Part shown: positions 28,030-39,240 of the stretch, in pieces | Numbering within the stretch: position 1 is the stretch's first letter | Layout of the letters: every line of letters starts with the position of its first letter | Notes under the pieces: model-generated | Told to the model about the DNA's origin: nothing | What the model saw: the letters and a program-made list of their open reading frames with translations, nothing else | Database searches by the model: none | NCBI GenBank assembly: GCA_964016885.1 | Contig: OZ024742.1 | Coordinates: 235,414,001 to 235,478,000, forward strand | Source of the DNA: Eledone cirrhosa | Lineage: Eukaryota | Direction of reading: 5' to 3' | Length of the DNA stretch: 64,000 bases | Position numbers and translations under genes: made by a program

Positions 28030-28550
28030 CCACATCCTGGATACGACAGTGAAGGCGAGGGCCACTACATCTGTAGATGAATGGAATAAAATTCTAAAAT
28101 ACTAGGAATTATTGGCAAACTGTTATTTCAGCCTGTGCTATTTGAGACGTTTGAGGGAGCAGGGCCGCTGACAACGAGGTTCTTGTCAGTGATGGCGATT
28201 CGCTTTACCGACACATCAGATGATACCTATACAAGGGTTTGGTAATTTCAGTGCCTTAGCCTCGCTATCATCTGGCCTTATGGACATATCACACGATGCT
28301 GGTGAGTGTGCTTGGTTATTCAATCGCCTTAGTCTCGTTATCACCTCCAGCAATGCCGTGTGTTGGTTTGCCTCAAAAATTATCTGATGGAAACTCCAGC
28401 ACCCACCTCCCTTGTGGTATGTGCATGTAATCTACGTTTTCTTTTTCTCTTTTCGTATAAATTGTTTATTTGTATGCATAATTATATAAATTTTTGTTTT
28501 GTTTTTGTATGAAGTTATATGTATATCGTAAATGAAAAACATAAAAAAAA
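28030..28550 (+). mobile_element. CRE-clade 3' fragment(s), same family as 10640-13250
   Basis: EWNKILKY, FQPVLFETFEGAGPLT, FQCLSLAII, a second WLFNRLSLVITSSNA end, and a T/A-rich tail. Confidence 0.75.
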
Positions 28551-28559
28551 AGAAATTAA

Positions 28560-28960
28560 GCAATGAAAGAAAGGGAAAGTGATGACAGACTGTACACTAG
28601 TCTGAGTAGTGTTTCAGCTGCGCATCTCGGCATCGGTGAAGGCAATTCCGTTGAGAATAGCCAGCGACTCTCGCTGCAACAGCTACCCTACCTCAGGCAG
28701 GGTGCAGTCCTCCCGATTTTGCGGCCAAGTATTTGGCTACCTTCCTTTCCTCCACATTGCAGTCGCAGTACTCGGGGTTGCAACCGAAGAGACAAGGTTG
28801 AAGGCAGAGAACGAGTTGCAGTATGTGGCATCCCAGATTAGGAATTTACCTCACACGAATGGAAAGAGTTATCCCGTCGAGGCCAACTGGTTGTTGTTGT
28901 TCAGAGCGGCGTGCCGAGGGAACCGCGCTGCGTTATGACAGCATGATAGTGGGTGCTATT
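28560..28960 (-). mobile_element. CRE-clade 3' fragment, same family as 18150-19010
   Basis: Shares TGTACACTAGTCTGAGT and GTGGCATCCCAGATTAGG with the 18310-18620 region; RFPRHAALNN knuckle remnant. Confidence 0.8.
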
Positions 28961-29280
28961 ATGTGAAATAAAATGTCTCGTTCTACGAGAGGAGAAACCG
29001 GCAACAACATCATTGTCATAAATAACAACAGTTGAGAAATGTTTATAGATTATTGTTAAAAAGAAAACATTAGATAACAAAATCTTAGATATATTTCATC
29101 ATCATTTTACGTTCGTTTTCTCTGCTAGCAAAGGTTGAGTGAAAAAAAAAGCGGAATATTTGTTGGAACACCTTCATGATTGATCTGCTGTATTAAGGCT
29201 AACTTTGGATTAAACAACAATAAATATGGATACATTAGGTAAATGTAATCCTAGACATCAGGCTGAATAAACAACAACTA

Positions 29281-29598
29281 TATAGCACTCTTTACTAATT
29301 TGAGGTCAGTTCTTTCTTTACGATCAATAACATTTCCGTTATGCTATTACTCAATTACTACTTTACTCGATTACTAAATTTATAGATTCTATATACATAT
29401 TATTCCTTCTTAACCTTTATTTACACTGTCTCAATAATAACTAATTAACTACTGTAGTTAGATTAAGATATTGTTCATTAACTAGAAGAAAATAATGATA
29501 TTCTGTTAGAAGTAGTAGATAGTTCTGTTTAATTTTACGTCTTACTATTTCACTATATCTCATTATTTCATCTTAAAACTATATTATTATGTAAGTAT
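29281..29598 (+). promoter_or_regulatory. Putative 5' non-coding exons/promoter of ZNF gene 4
   Basis: CTTTACTAATTTGAG|GTCAGT (29305), ATTTCCGTTATG and AT|GTAAGT (29591); acceptor TTACAG at 32448. Confidence 0.6.
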
Positions 29599-30365
29599 CA
29601 TTAATATATTTTAGATATTTATTCTATAGAAAACCTCTCTTTTGTATTTACATTTCTACTTCATCTTTTTGCTCCCTACCAAATCTTTCTTTTCTTTATG
29701 GCTTGATTGAAGTATCTGGTGAATGTGTATCGTAAATACATAAAGTTTTATTTATGACAACTGACAGATTAAGAGAGGATTTCTCTTCTGCTGATCATTT
29801 ATCTGTTCAGTTTGATCTGATCTGTGCCTGCTATTGTTGTAGATGTGATACTACTCGTATATTATGTAAACTTGTTAGAATGTGGGTACATAAAATGAAA
29901 ATTAACTTTTACCTGATTGATCTATGAAAATTTTGAATGATTTATTTGTAAAAGAAAAGGAAATATCGCAACATACATGAACAACACTATTTTCCATATA
30001 TCTACAAGAAAACCGTCTGTTTGAAACGAAAGACACCTTTCTAACTCTAAACACTCGCCTTTGTTATTTTTTGTAAAAATAGAGGAAGCGACGTTATTAA
30101 TGCTGGGATCAGCAATAATGCTGAATATAAATACCCAGCTTTCTAAATTACCGAAATGAATGAGTAAATGTTTCAAAATAAGTAACTTATGCTTCTTTTT
30201 TATTTTATTTTATTTATTTTTCTTTTCAAAAGGACCTTCCAGTTTTTATGTTTTTAACTCAGGAAATTCCGATTGTGCAAACCAAATCCCCATTCCCCTT
30301 TAACTTACAACATATATAATGCTTCATCTTGAGAAAATATAATTTGGGTAAATTTACAGAACACC

Positions 30366-30785
30366 TCCACTCGATTTCAGTGGGGAAAACATTTTTCCTG
30401 TTTTTTTTTCCGTCTGCTATCAACTAATCTAACCTCCAAGATTTTGGCAATCGACTTTTTTCTCGGAGAACAGAGGGGTGGATAATTATTTTCCACCAAA
30501 GGCGAGAGGTGTGTAGATCTGTGAAACTCCGATGGTCTTTTTGCACCCTTTCACTCCCCCACTTTCATACAATCTAGTCGTTTCCGACTGGTTTGGAGGT
30601 CATATGATAACACGCGAAAAAAAATCTGCAGGGTAAACTCCAAAGAGAGAGAGAGGGGGGGACACACACACACACAGCACACCTCCTTCGTCCTCCGGGT
30701 AAAATGTTGGGTGCCAGAATCTTGGAGGTTAGATTAATTGATAACACACGAAAAAAAATTTTTTCCAACTGAAATCGAATGGGGT
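30366..30785. repeat. Long inverted repeat / foldback MITE
   Basis: TCGATTTCAGT...TATCAACTAATCTAACCTCCAAGATTTTGGCA is mirrored by TGCCAGAATCTTGGAGGTTAGATTAATTGATA...ACTGAAATCGA. Confidence 0.8.
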
Positions 30786-30854
30786 ATAATAATAGTATAA
30801 TTTTTATTGGGTTTTCGTATGAAAGAAAGTGGGTGCATCATTTCTCTATTTTGA

Positions 30855-31170
30855 AGCAGTATCGGTAGAGCGTCGGACAACATGCTTTGCGGCATAGTTA
30901 CGGTCCTTTATGTTCTGAGTTCAAATCTCGTCGAGGTTAGCTTTGCCTATATTAGAAATAATTATTTCAAGAAAGCGGTCGATTGGCAGTATCGGTAGAC
31001 GGTCGCACACCATGCTTTGACGCATAGAGTTACGGCCCTTTCGATTCTGAGTTCAAATCCCCCCGAGGTTAACTTTGCCTTTCATCCTTACGGGGTCGAT
31101 AAAATAAAGTACCAGTAATGCACTGGGTATTTGCTGGCCTTGTGCTAAAAGTAGAAACAATTATTTCAAG
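30855..31170 (+). mobile_element. Two tandem tRNA-derived SINEs
   Basis: TGGCAGTATCGGTAG A-box-like, GAGTTCAAATCC B-box and central CTTTGCCTTTCATCCTTACGGGGTCGATAAAATAAAGTACCAG. Confidence 0.8.
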
Positions 31171-31246
31171 AAAGCCGAATTGAATTTTTACATACTTCGT
31201 TATTGCTGGTCCAGATTTTTATTACACTGCTTTCCCTCTACTTGTT

Positions 31247-31247
<1 letters not shown>

Positions 31248-31293
<46 letters not shown>
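31248..31293. repeat. (TA)n microsatellite
   Basis: About 22 TA units. Confidence 0.95.
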
Positions 31294-31295
<2 letters not shown>

Positions 31296-31619
31296 CCTTG
31301 ATTATTTTCAGTGGATGTGGAGGTGCATAGTTACAGTTTGGGCTCATAAAGTCGGGAGTTAGATTCTTGGATTCTTGAAACAAACAATGCTTGAAATATG
31401 TTTATTTAATAATGCTCTTTTAAGTATCATATACATAATTTTATGCAATATAGGATAGTATTTTTTATGCTGTATTGAAGTGATACACCATATTCTTTAT
31501 GAGAGTTACATATAGATTTTCTTATGTCATTGTTAATATAAAAACAAAGGCATTTCATCTAGAATTGTTTGTGATACCCATGCAAGCATGGAAAATAAAC
31601 GTTAAATGACGATGATGAT

Positions 31620-32232
31620 GAACGCTTGTGATTGTTGAACAGAATCCATTTTTCCTCACACGTGACAATACGATGCAAAAAATGATTCACCTTTATGACA
31701 TGACAGCAAAGAACAGCATGTTTCGAGACGAGTTCTCTTCTTACGCTTGTTCAATTCATGTGGAGTAGTAATGTCAAACCTTGTTGCTAATTCACACGTA
31801 GTTTGAGATGTATCTGCTTCCACTAGTTTTCAGCCCATTATGCACCTTGGTCACAGGTCTCCCGCGTGGCTTATTTTCAAAATTAAAGTCGCCAGAAGTG
31901 AACTTCTCAGACCATCAACGTACTGTGCGTTCATCAGCTGCATCCTCACCAAACACCTCGTTTATGTTTCAAGCTGTCTGATGCATTGGTTCCATGGCGA
32001 AACTCATACAAAAACAACATGAATTTTTTTTACATATCCATAGGTTCACAAAAATTGATCTGAAACAAACAATTCAAAAGACAATCACAAAGCAAAACGT
32101 GCATTTGAAAAACTGATGATGTACCTGCACAATAAAACAAAACCAAGAACTCTTGAGGTGAAATGTTAGAGATAGCGACTCTCAAACACAGTGCTTAAGA
32201 AAATTGAACATCTCGTACTTAATGACCTAATA
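31620..32232 (-). mobile_element. Mariner transposase remnant (5' part)
   Basis: Reverse strand gives YEFRHGT..INEVFGEDAADERTVR.WSEKFTSGDFNFENKPRGRP, PHELNKR and RIVTCEEKWILFNN; TATTAGGT-like terminus near 32230. Confidence 0.85.
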
Positions 32233-32819
32233 TGTTCTCTGAGAGCTTTTATTCTTTGATCCATTTGCAAAATCATTATAATCCATTTCCACCTCAACTC
32301 TCTATCAAAATGTCTTTTGTCTAAATATGTTTTAACTCTTTTTGGCTATTCTAATTTTCAACACATATGTAATCAAATATCTTATTTACAATAATCTTCA
32401 TGTTATCACTTTATTGTCTCTTATACCATATATTATCTTTTATTACAGGTTTTCAGATGACTTTGATATAAATATATTTCACAGAAGATTATCAACATAT
32501 CAACCTTTGAGCACTAAAAAATCTTCAAGCTGATGTCAGCCATTTTCTACAATCCATGGCTGAATGGATGTAATAAACATTTGTAATAGTTCCTTTAGAA
32601 ATGTTCACTATACTAAACTTGAAAGATTTGCCATTAAGTTTTAAGGATGTTGTGCAAGGAATTTGATATCTGAATATGCTTTGCTAATTGTAGCTAGTTT
32701 AATAATCTTTATGTTGCTGGTTATTAATTACAAGATTTTGGTAGAACATATGGACTTTCTTAAGAGCTAAAACATCATCCAACCATTGTACAGGGAAAAC
32801 TAGATTAAAAGTGAAAGTT

Positions 32820-33566
32820 ATGGATCAGAAAACTGAAGCTGAAGTTATTGATTCATCTAATCAGACACATGAAAATACAGAAGTGAAATCCCACTCTTGT
32901 GATATATGTGGGAAGTTATTCTCAACAAGCAATTTGTTATCTAGTCATAAATGTATTCACTCTGGGAAAAAAAAGCACCAGTGTGATGTCTGTGGTAAAT
33001 CATTCCCTGGGAATCGTCACCTCTCTCGACATACACGTGTTCACACAGGAGAGAAACCATTCAATTGTGAAGACTGTGGTAGAGCATTCTCCAGGTCAAG
33101 TCATTTAGTTGAGCACAAACGTACTCACACAGGAGAAAGACCATACAAATGTGATATCTGTGGTAAAGCATTTGCTATTTCTAGTACTTTAGTTTCCCAC
33201 AAACGTATTCACACTGGAAAAAGACCACACTACTGTGATATCTGTGGTAAAACATATTCTGAAAGTGATGATTTGTCTCTCCACAAACGTATTCACACAG
33301 AAGAAAGACCATATGACTGTGATATTTGTGGTAAGACAATTCCTGGAAGTGCTAATTTGTCACGGCACATACGTATTCACACAGGAGTAAGACCATACCA
33401 CTGTGATATCTGTGGTAAAACATTTGCTCAAAGTGGTCATTACTCTCGACACAGACGTATTCATACAGGAGAAAGGCCATATCAATGTGATATCTGTAGT
33501 GAAACATTTCCTAGAAGTGATAATTTAGCTAAACACAAACGTCTCCACACAGAAGGAAAACTATAG
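32820..33566 (+). CDS. Poly-C2H2 zinc finger protein, ~248 aa, 8 fingers
   Basis: 8 intact fingers; ATG at 32820 is in the same GTTATGG context as the paralogs (the ORF track starts at GTG 32811). Confidence 0.93.
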   Translation: MDQKTEAEVIDSSNQTHENTEVKSHSCDICGKLFSTSNLLSSHKCIHSGKKKHQCDVCGKSFPGNRHLSRHTRVHTGEKPFNCEDCGRAFSRSSHLVEHKRTHTGERPYKCDICGKAFAISSTLVSHKRIHTGKRPHYCDICGKTYSESDDLSLHKRIHTEERPYDCDICGKTIPGSANLSRHIRIHTGVRPYHCDICGKTFAQSGHYSRHRRIHTGERPYQCDICSETFPRSDNLAKHKRLHTEGKL

Positions 33567-33964
33567 TTATGTGATATCTATTTAATTATTTAAAAAAAAT
33601 ATAATATTCTATTTGAAAATGAACAAATTTGTTTATGTGGAATTTACTAATTTACTAGTATCATAATCATCAATGTTTTAATGTCTATTCTTCTATGCTG
33701 ACAGTTTATCAGAGATCCCTTTGTGTCTTTTATATGCACAAATATTACATATTTGGTTAGCTTGATAGTTCATTCTTCTACTTCTGTTAACTACTCTTGA
33801 AGATCTAAAGCAACAGAAATACAAGTCCTCACTCTCAAACATGTCAGAACACCCCTATATCTTTTGTGTCTTTGTACACATTCCTTGTACACAATATTAA
33901 ACTCTTACCTATTGCTTTCCTACATGTTGAGTTAACCACTTTCTAGTTGACACTAAGATTTTTG

Positions 33965-35450
33965 AACTCTCAGGCTGAATTTCATCTTCCCCAATGGCCT
34001 TGCCACATTGAGCTCTTATGACCTTAGTCTCCAAGAGATTAGTCATTGCTCCTAGCTGTACCTTGTGTACATCAGAAGATGTTATTGTTTAGGAGATCAG
34101 CGAAGTATTCTCTCCACCTCGCAAGGATGCTTCTCTCTGAAGAGAGGCGAACCTCAGATGCATTCATGATAGCAGGTGTGGAGAAGGGCTTTTTCTTATG
34201 AAGTTGGCAGATGGTCTGCCAGAACACTTTATTTGCTGATCAAGTCGGGTTCCAGCTTAACCCCAAAGTCCTCCCATGTCTTAACTTTGGATGCCTTTAC
34301 TGTCTCTGCTGCATTTCTTTGTGTCTGCTTGTACTGCAAGTGCAAGAAAGAGGACTTATTTCCAAGCCAAGGTTTGTAGGCCTCCTTCTTTGCTGGGATG
34401 GCATCTTTGAACTATTGATTGAACCAAGGGGTCCTCCTGCCATCCAGTGCCACACCAGGCCACTTTCATCTGCAGCATTTAACAGCTGAGCTGAACAATC
34501 TCCACTCCGTTTCAACGTCCTCAGTTTGCTCAGGGAGTTCTCTGAATTTGGATGCAATAGTATCTGCATATCTGGTCCTGACTTCCTTATCCACCAATGT
34601 TCCCACTTTATCTTGTAGGTTGACCTGAACCTGCCAGTTTTGTGGGATTCTTTGGCTTTAAGTAGTTTCAAGTTGCAGATAACTAGATGGTGATTAGTTG
34701 ATAGCTCAGCCCCTCTCTTAACATGAGCATCCAACACAGAATCAAAGAGATCAGCAACAATAACAAAATCAATTAATGATCTCTTTCCCTGTATATTTAT
34801 GGGTGTTTCTGTGATGGAAGAAGGTGTTCATAATAGAAAGTCCATTGCTAGAACAAAAGTCTAATAGGGCTTCTTTATTCGACCTGTTTACTAGCAGAAC
34901 AGCTCTGCTGAGACTGGCTGACTTGTGTGTGTTGGGTGGCCTGGATCTTTGGAAAGGCATCTAAATGGCAATTGGGAGTGATAATCTCAATTTTCAAAAA
35001 GGGAGATGAGAGATTACTCTAAATATAGAGTTATCTCCTTGTTAGGCCTCTTCGGTAAAGTCTATGCTAATGTAGGGAGATTGTTGAGTCCAAGCTAGCT
35101 GATGAACATTGTGGTTTTCGCCTCGGATGCAGCATAGTCGACCAAATATTCAGACTGCGGCAGATCTTTCAGAAATCATGGGAGTTCTGCCAAGAAGTGT
35201 ATTCTTGCTTTGTAGACCTCGAAAAGGCATATGACTGTGTTCCATGGGATCTGCTGTGGAAGGTTCTGCGAGAGTATGAGGTTGATGGTCAGCTTCTTTT
35301 GCCCTGATGTCGCTATACAAAGTGGAGAAGTTCAAATATCTCAGGACTGTGTTCACGAGTGATGGAAGGCAACAGGCTGAATTAAGTGCAAGAATTGTAG
35401 GAGCTGGTGCAGTAATATGCCAGCTTCAGCATTCAGTAATCAGAAGGGAG
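33965..35450. mobile_element. Rex3/Expander-like RTE LINE with inverted 5' part
   Basis: Minus-strand endonuclease region (GLSIMNTFFHH, GAELSTNHHLV) to about 34890, then plus-strand RT (AWIFGK, IISIFKKG, CFVDLEKAYD). Confidence 0.8.
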
Positions 35451-35454
35451 GTAG

Positions 35455-35820
35455 ATTCTCTTCTGAGATCAACACTGTCTAGCATTAGCCATGTGGTAAC
35501 AGTTTCCATGAATATCAGTTGCTTCTTCAGATCAACTTTCAGCTCCCAATTTTGTGCTGTTAGTAGCTGACAAGAGGGGTTGATCCTGGCAGCTGATCTT
35601 AGCTTCTCTCCAGTCCTGACAAAACATAGTCTTCTTTGCTGGGTGGAGCTGATTGCAATGCATAATCCCACTCCACGTAGTGTTCATTATGGCCTTCAGG
35701 ATGTGACTGTTGCACTCCTCATTCAGGTGTTTTGGGCAGCTGCTGAGGATGTGTTCCAGGGTTTCTCTTTTCATTCACAGAGGGCAAACTGGTGATGCCA
35801 CTTCTCCCAACGGAACAGGT
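35455..35820 (-). mobile_element. Hero/NeSL-like RLE non-LTR retrotransposon fragment
   Basis: TLEHILSSCPK..HILKAI knuckle remnant and LLTAQNWELKVDLKKQLIF. Confidence 0.65.
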
Positions 35821-37418
35821 ATGTACTGACTGTAAAGGTTTTGGTAATGTTATATAAGTGATCATCAGAGTATGAGGCCTGTATATAGCAACTTTAAATG
35901 TGTGTCTTTCTTGATTGGAGATGGTGAGGTACAAGACTTTCCTAAATATATATAGTGACTGTATTTGTATTGTTGAATGTGAATAGGTTATTTTGCCCCC
36001 ATTGAAGTATGTTCCTTGTGGCAGTGTTCATGCAAATGGTATATGTCCTTTAGAAACAATTGCTGTCTATATTATAATTCCCTACATCCTATACTCTTTA
36101 AATAAACATCATCTTGTACAAACAGGAAACTACACCTGAGTGAGCTTTTAACTTTCAGTTCTTCCTTCTCTAATTGTAATTTGTTTCCAATTTTTATCTT
36201 CTCTTCAATTTGAAACAACTAACCACTAGCATACCATTTCTCTCATGCATTGATGAGAACAAAATCAATCCCTACTTCATTCCCAAATAAAAATAGGCAG
36301 CCTCACTAGCATTCTGAAGTTTGTGTTACAAATGGTAAGATCATTTGTATCATAGAAATACAGGTATTTTAATCTTTCTTAATTATTTGTGCCATGTTCA
36401 AAACTTCCATATTTACCAGTGTATCACGCTCATGTTACCTGACATAACCTTTGAAGTTACCTGCTATAATGATGATACCAATGAGATCAATTCTTTGGAT
36501 AGCTTCAACAATGTCACCATTGAACTTAAACCTAGCTTTATTGTCTATAAATGCTATTTGTGGGGCTTATATAAAGAATCAGATGTTTCAATGTTGTAAG
36601 AGGCTAACTTTAAATATTTTATTAATTTATAAAAACTCTTCACACCCCTATGATATATGATATACTTCTGTAATATAGCTATTATTTTCTCTTCAAATGT
36701 AATCAATTCCTTTAATTGACAATGTACTTACCAGAACATTCCAGTAGATAACCTACAATTTTTGTAAAACTGTCACAAGGCATGAGAACATTTTGAATCA
36801 TGGAAAATACAATATCATTAAAATATAAACCTTGAATTATTGATTTATCTTGTTTTTCTGGGGGTAAGTCTGTTTTAATTTGTTCTGAACATTTTGTATA
36901 CATTGATATTGTCAGCAATAAGGTTTCTCATTAAAATAGTACATTATTGCTGTTGATAGAAAGAATATTTTGGTAATTTGGCTGGTGCCTGGATCTTACT
37001 AAAGGAAATATCTCATTCAGTGTTTATTAAATGCACCTTATACTGCTCGAGTTAATATAATGGAGAAACTCTTATCAAACACATTTTTCAATGTGAAATG
37101 ATAATGTATGATGATTGCTGGGTTAAAATGTAAATTGATAACCTTTAATTCTGAAATAATGAAATAAATAATCAGTAGTTTGTTGTGTGCAATGGAAATA
37201 GATGTCATAAGAACAAGATCAATGATTGAACTGGAGCAATGTGAACTAAAGTATCTAGCTCAAGGACACAACATACTATTGGGAATCAAACTTATGACCT
37301 TATGATTGTGAGCCGACACTCTAAACATTAAACCATGTGCATTTACTGATGGAAAGTAATATACTACTGAGAATTGTAAGTGAAAGAAATGAAATTAGAT
37401 TGAAGAATTGGATAGTGA

Positions 37419-37720
37419 TCATAAAATCTGTCCAGCGATTCTTTCCTGAGACATTCTAACCACATGCTCATAATATCGGAGCTGTGATATCTCAATTTGG
37501 AGAAGTAGCAGCTTTACCTGGAGAGACTCTATTCTCTGAGCTACACACTCTATTGAGTAACATTACTCCAAAGACACTTCAGACCAGTAGGAGACCCAGG
37601 AGTAGACAATGAACTTCATGATCGAGCTGGATCAATTGGATATGCTTGCTTCTGACAGGACCTGCTGGAAGGAGTATTTGAGGACACGACCCTCTCAGGA
37701 ATAAGTGGATAAAGAAAAAG
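37419..37720. mobile_element. Short Rex3/Expander-like RTE copy with 5' inversion and perfect 15 bp TSD
   Basis: AGAATTGGATAGTGA at 37404-37418 and 37721-37735; 37420-37580 is the reverse complement of about 43575-43720; the sense part ends CCCTCTCAGGAATAAGTGG plus an A/G tail. Confidence 0.85.
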
Positions 37721-37974
37721 AGAATTGGATAGTGAAAAGTGTATTAGAAAATGTGTAAAAAACAAGTAACATTATAATTGTAATTAAATTGAAAGAGTCA
37801 CTACATGATCACTCAACTTACTAGATGAACACATTGGAAAATTAATGCTGGACACACTATGCCTAAAAAGATATTGTCATCGCATGAAAGTTTTTTTACG
37901 TGTCTACTTGACAGTGCTAACATGGAGTTAAGCAACACACAATGTATGTGTGTGTGTGTGTATGTCTATATATA

Positions 37975-38274
37975 CAGTGGAACCTCAGTTCAAGAACTTA
38001 ATTTGTTCCTGAAGGCTATTCATCAGCCGAAATGTTCGTAAACCGAAACTATTTTTCCCATACGTTGAGAGAGACTGTGTATGAAAGATATCACCACCGT
38101 AACTAACTACACAGCAAGCAATGATTTCCCGCTGATATTCCAATTCTGTTGCCAACCGTTGTTGCTGGCTTGCATGTTCATTACTTGAGACACTGATTGT
38201 GAACCGAGACATTTTTTGTTCAGAAAAATTGTTTGTGAACTGATGTGAAGTGTTCGTGAGCCGAGGTTTCAGTG
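37975..38274. mobile_element. pogo/Tigger-type MITE
   Basis: TA-CAGTGGAACCTCAGTTC ... GAGCCGAGGTTTCAGTG imperfect TIRs. Confidence 0.75.
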
Positions 38275-38829
38275 TGTATATATAAAGGGTGTATATGAAG
38301 GCATATACAATATGTTTATGTACAACATACAAGAGTCTTGTGATGAGTATAAATAATGTAATATATATTCTTTTATTGGTATTAGTCATCATAGGAATGC
38401 AGGCACGTTCACGGGTTGAGTTCATCATATTGACCCCATTTAAAAGACTGGTATTTATTTTATTGGCCTCTATGAGGGCCAGCTGAAATGTTCATTGGCT
38501 GACTATGAAGGAGTGCTGCTAGAGCTGTGAAATCTTGCATGCATTCATTTCAACTCTTATTAATAACTGCATTGTTTCTTTTCTTGGACTATGTTGAAAA
38601 ATAAATCTCATTTGGTCATTCCATGAGAGTATCTTGGTCAGTCTGTGAACTTTTCAGCCAACTCTCGTACTTGAACTGCTATGTTACAGGTCAGGAACAG
38701 CACTATTTGATAAGTGGTGTAAGTGTAAACTTAGTAGGTCATAAGATAGTCCCTGTGAACACAGGGAAAATTCCAGAGGACACTAACCCGACTGATAAAA
38801 TTGTATATAAACGTAGGGAAGGCAGCTGG

Positions 38830-39240
38830 AATGCTAAAATCATCTAGCAATGCAGGTTATGAGCTAGTCAGACACATAATTAATCAAGTAGTAAAGGATG
38901 GTCATACTCAGTGATTGGCATAGAAGTATCATTGTAAACTGTTATAAGGGCAAAGGATCACTAGAGAGACATCAAGTCAATGGACCAAGGTCATAAAAGT
39001 TACTGAAAGGGTTAACACAACTAATTAGAGACAGAATCAAGCTAGATGAGCTGCAGTTTGATTTTATGCTAGGTAAAGGTACTACTGGTGCCCTCTTCCT
39101 AATGAGACAACTGCAGAAATACTTAGCTAAGAGTATGGCTCTGTACTTAGCATTCATTGAATTAGAGAAGGCCTTTGACAGGGTCTCCCACTCTGTAAAG
39201 TGCTGGGATCTAAAGAAGAAAGGTGTAGTCAAGTGATTCT
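38830..39240 (+). mobile_element. RTE LINE RT fragment
   Basis: QFDFMLGKGTTGALFLMRQLQ, LAFIELEKAFDRV. Confidence 0.8.

Noticed and set aside
30975-31075. tRNA-like sequence with A and B boxes
   Set aside because: No complete cloverleaf; it continues into a SINE body present in many copies
37985-38428. 147 aa minus-strand ORF
   Set aside because: Spans a MITE and AT-rich flank with no recognisable domain
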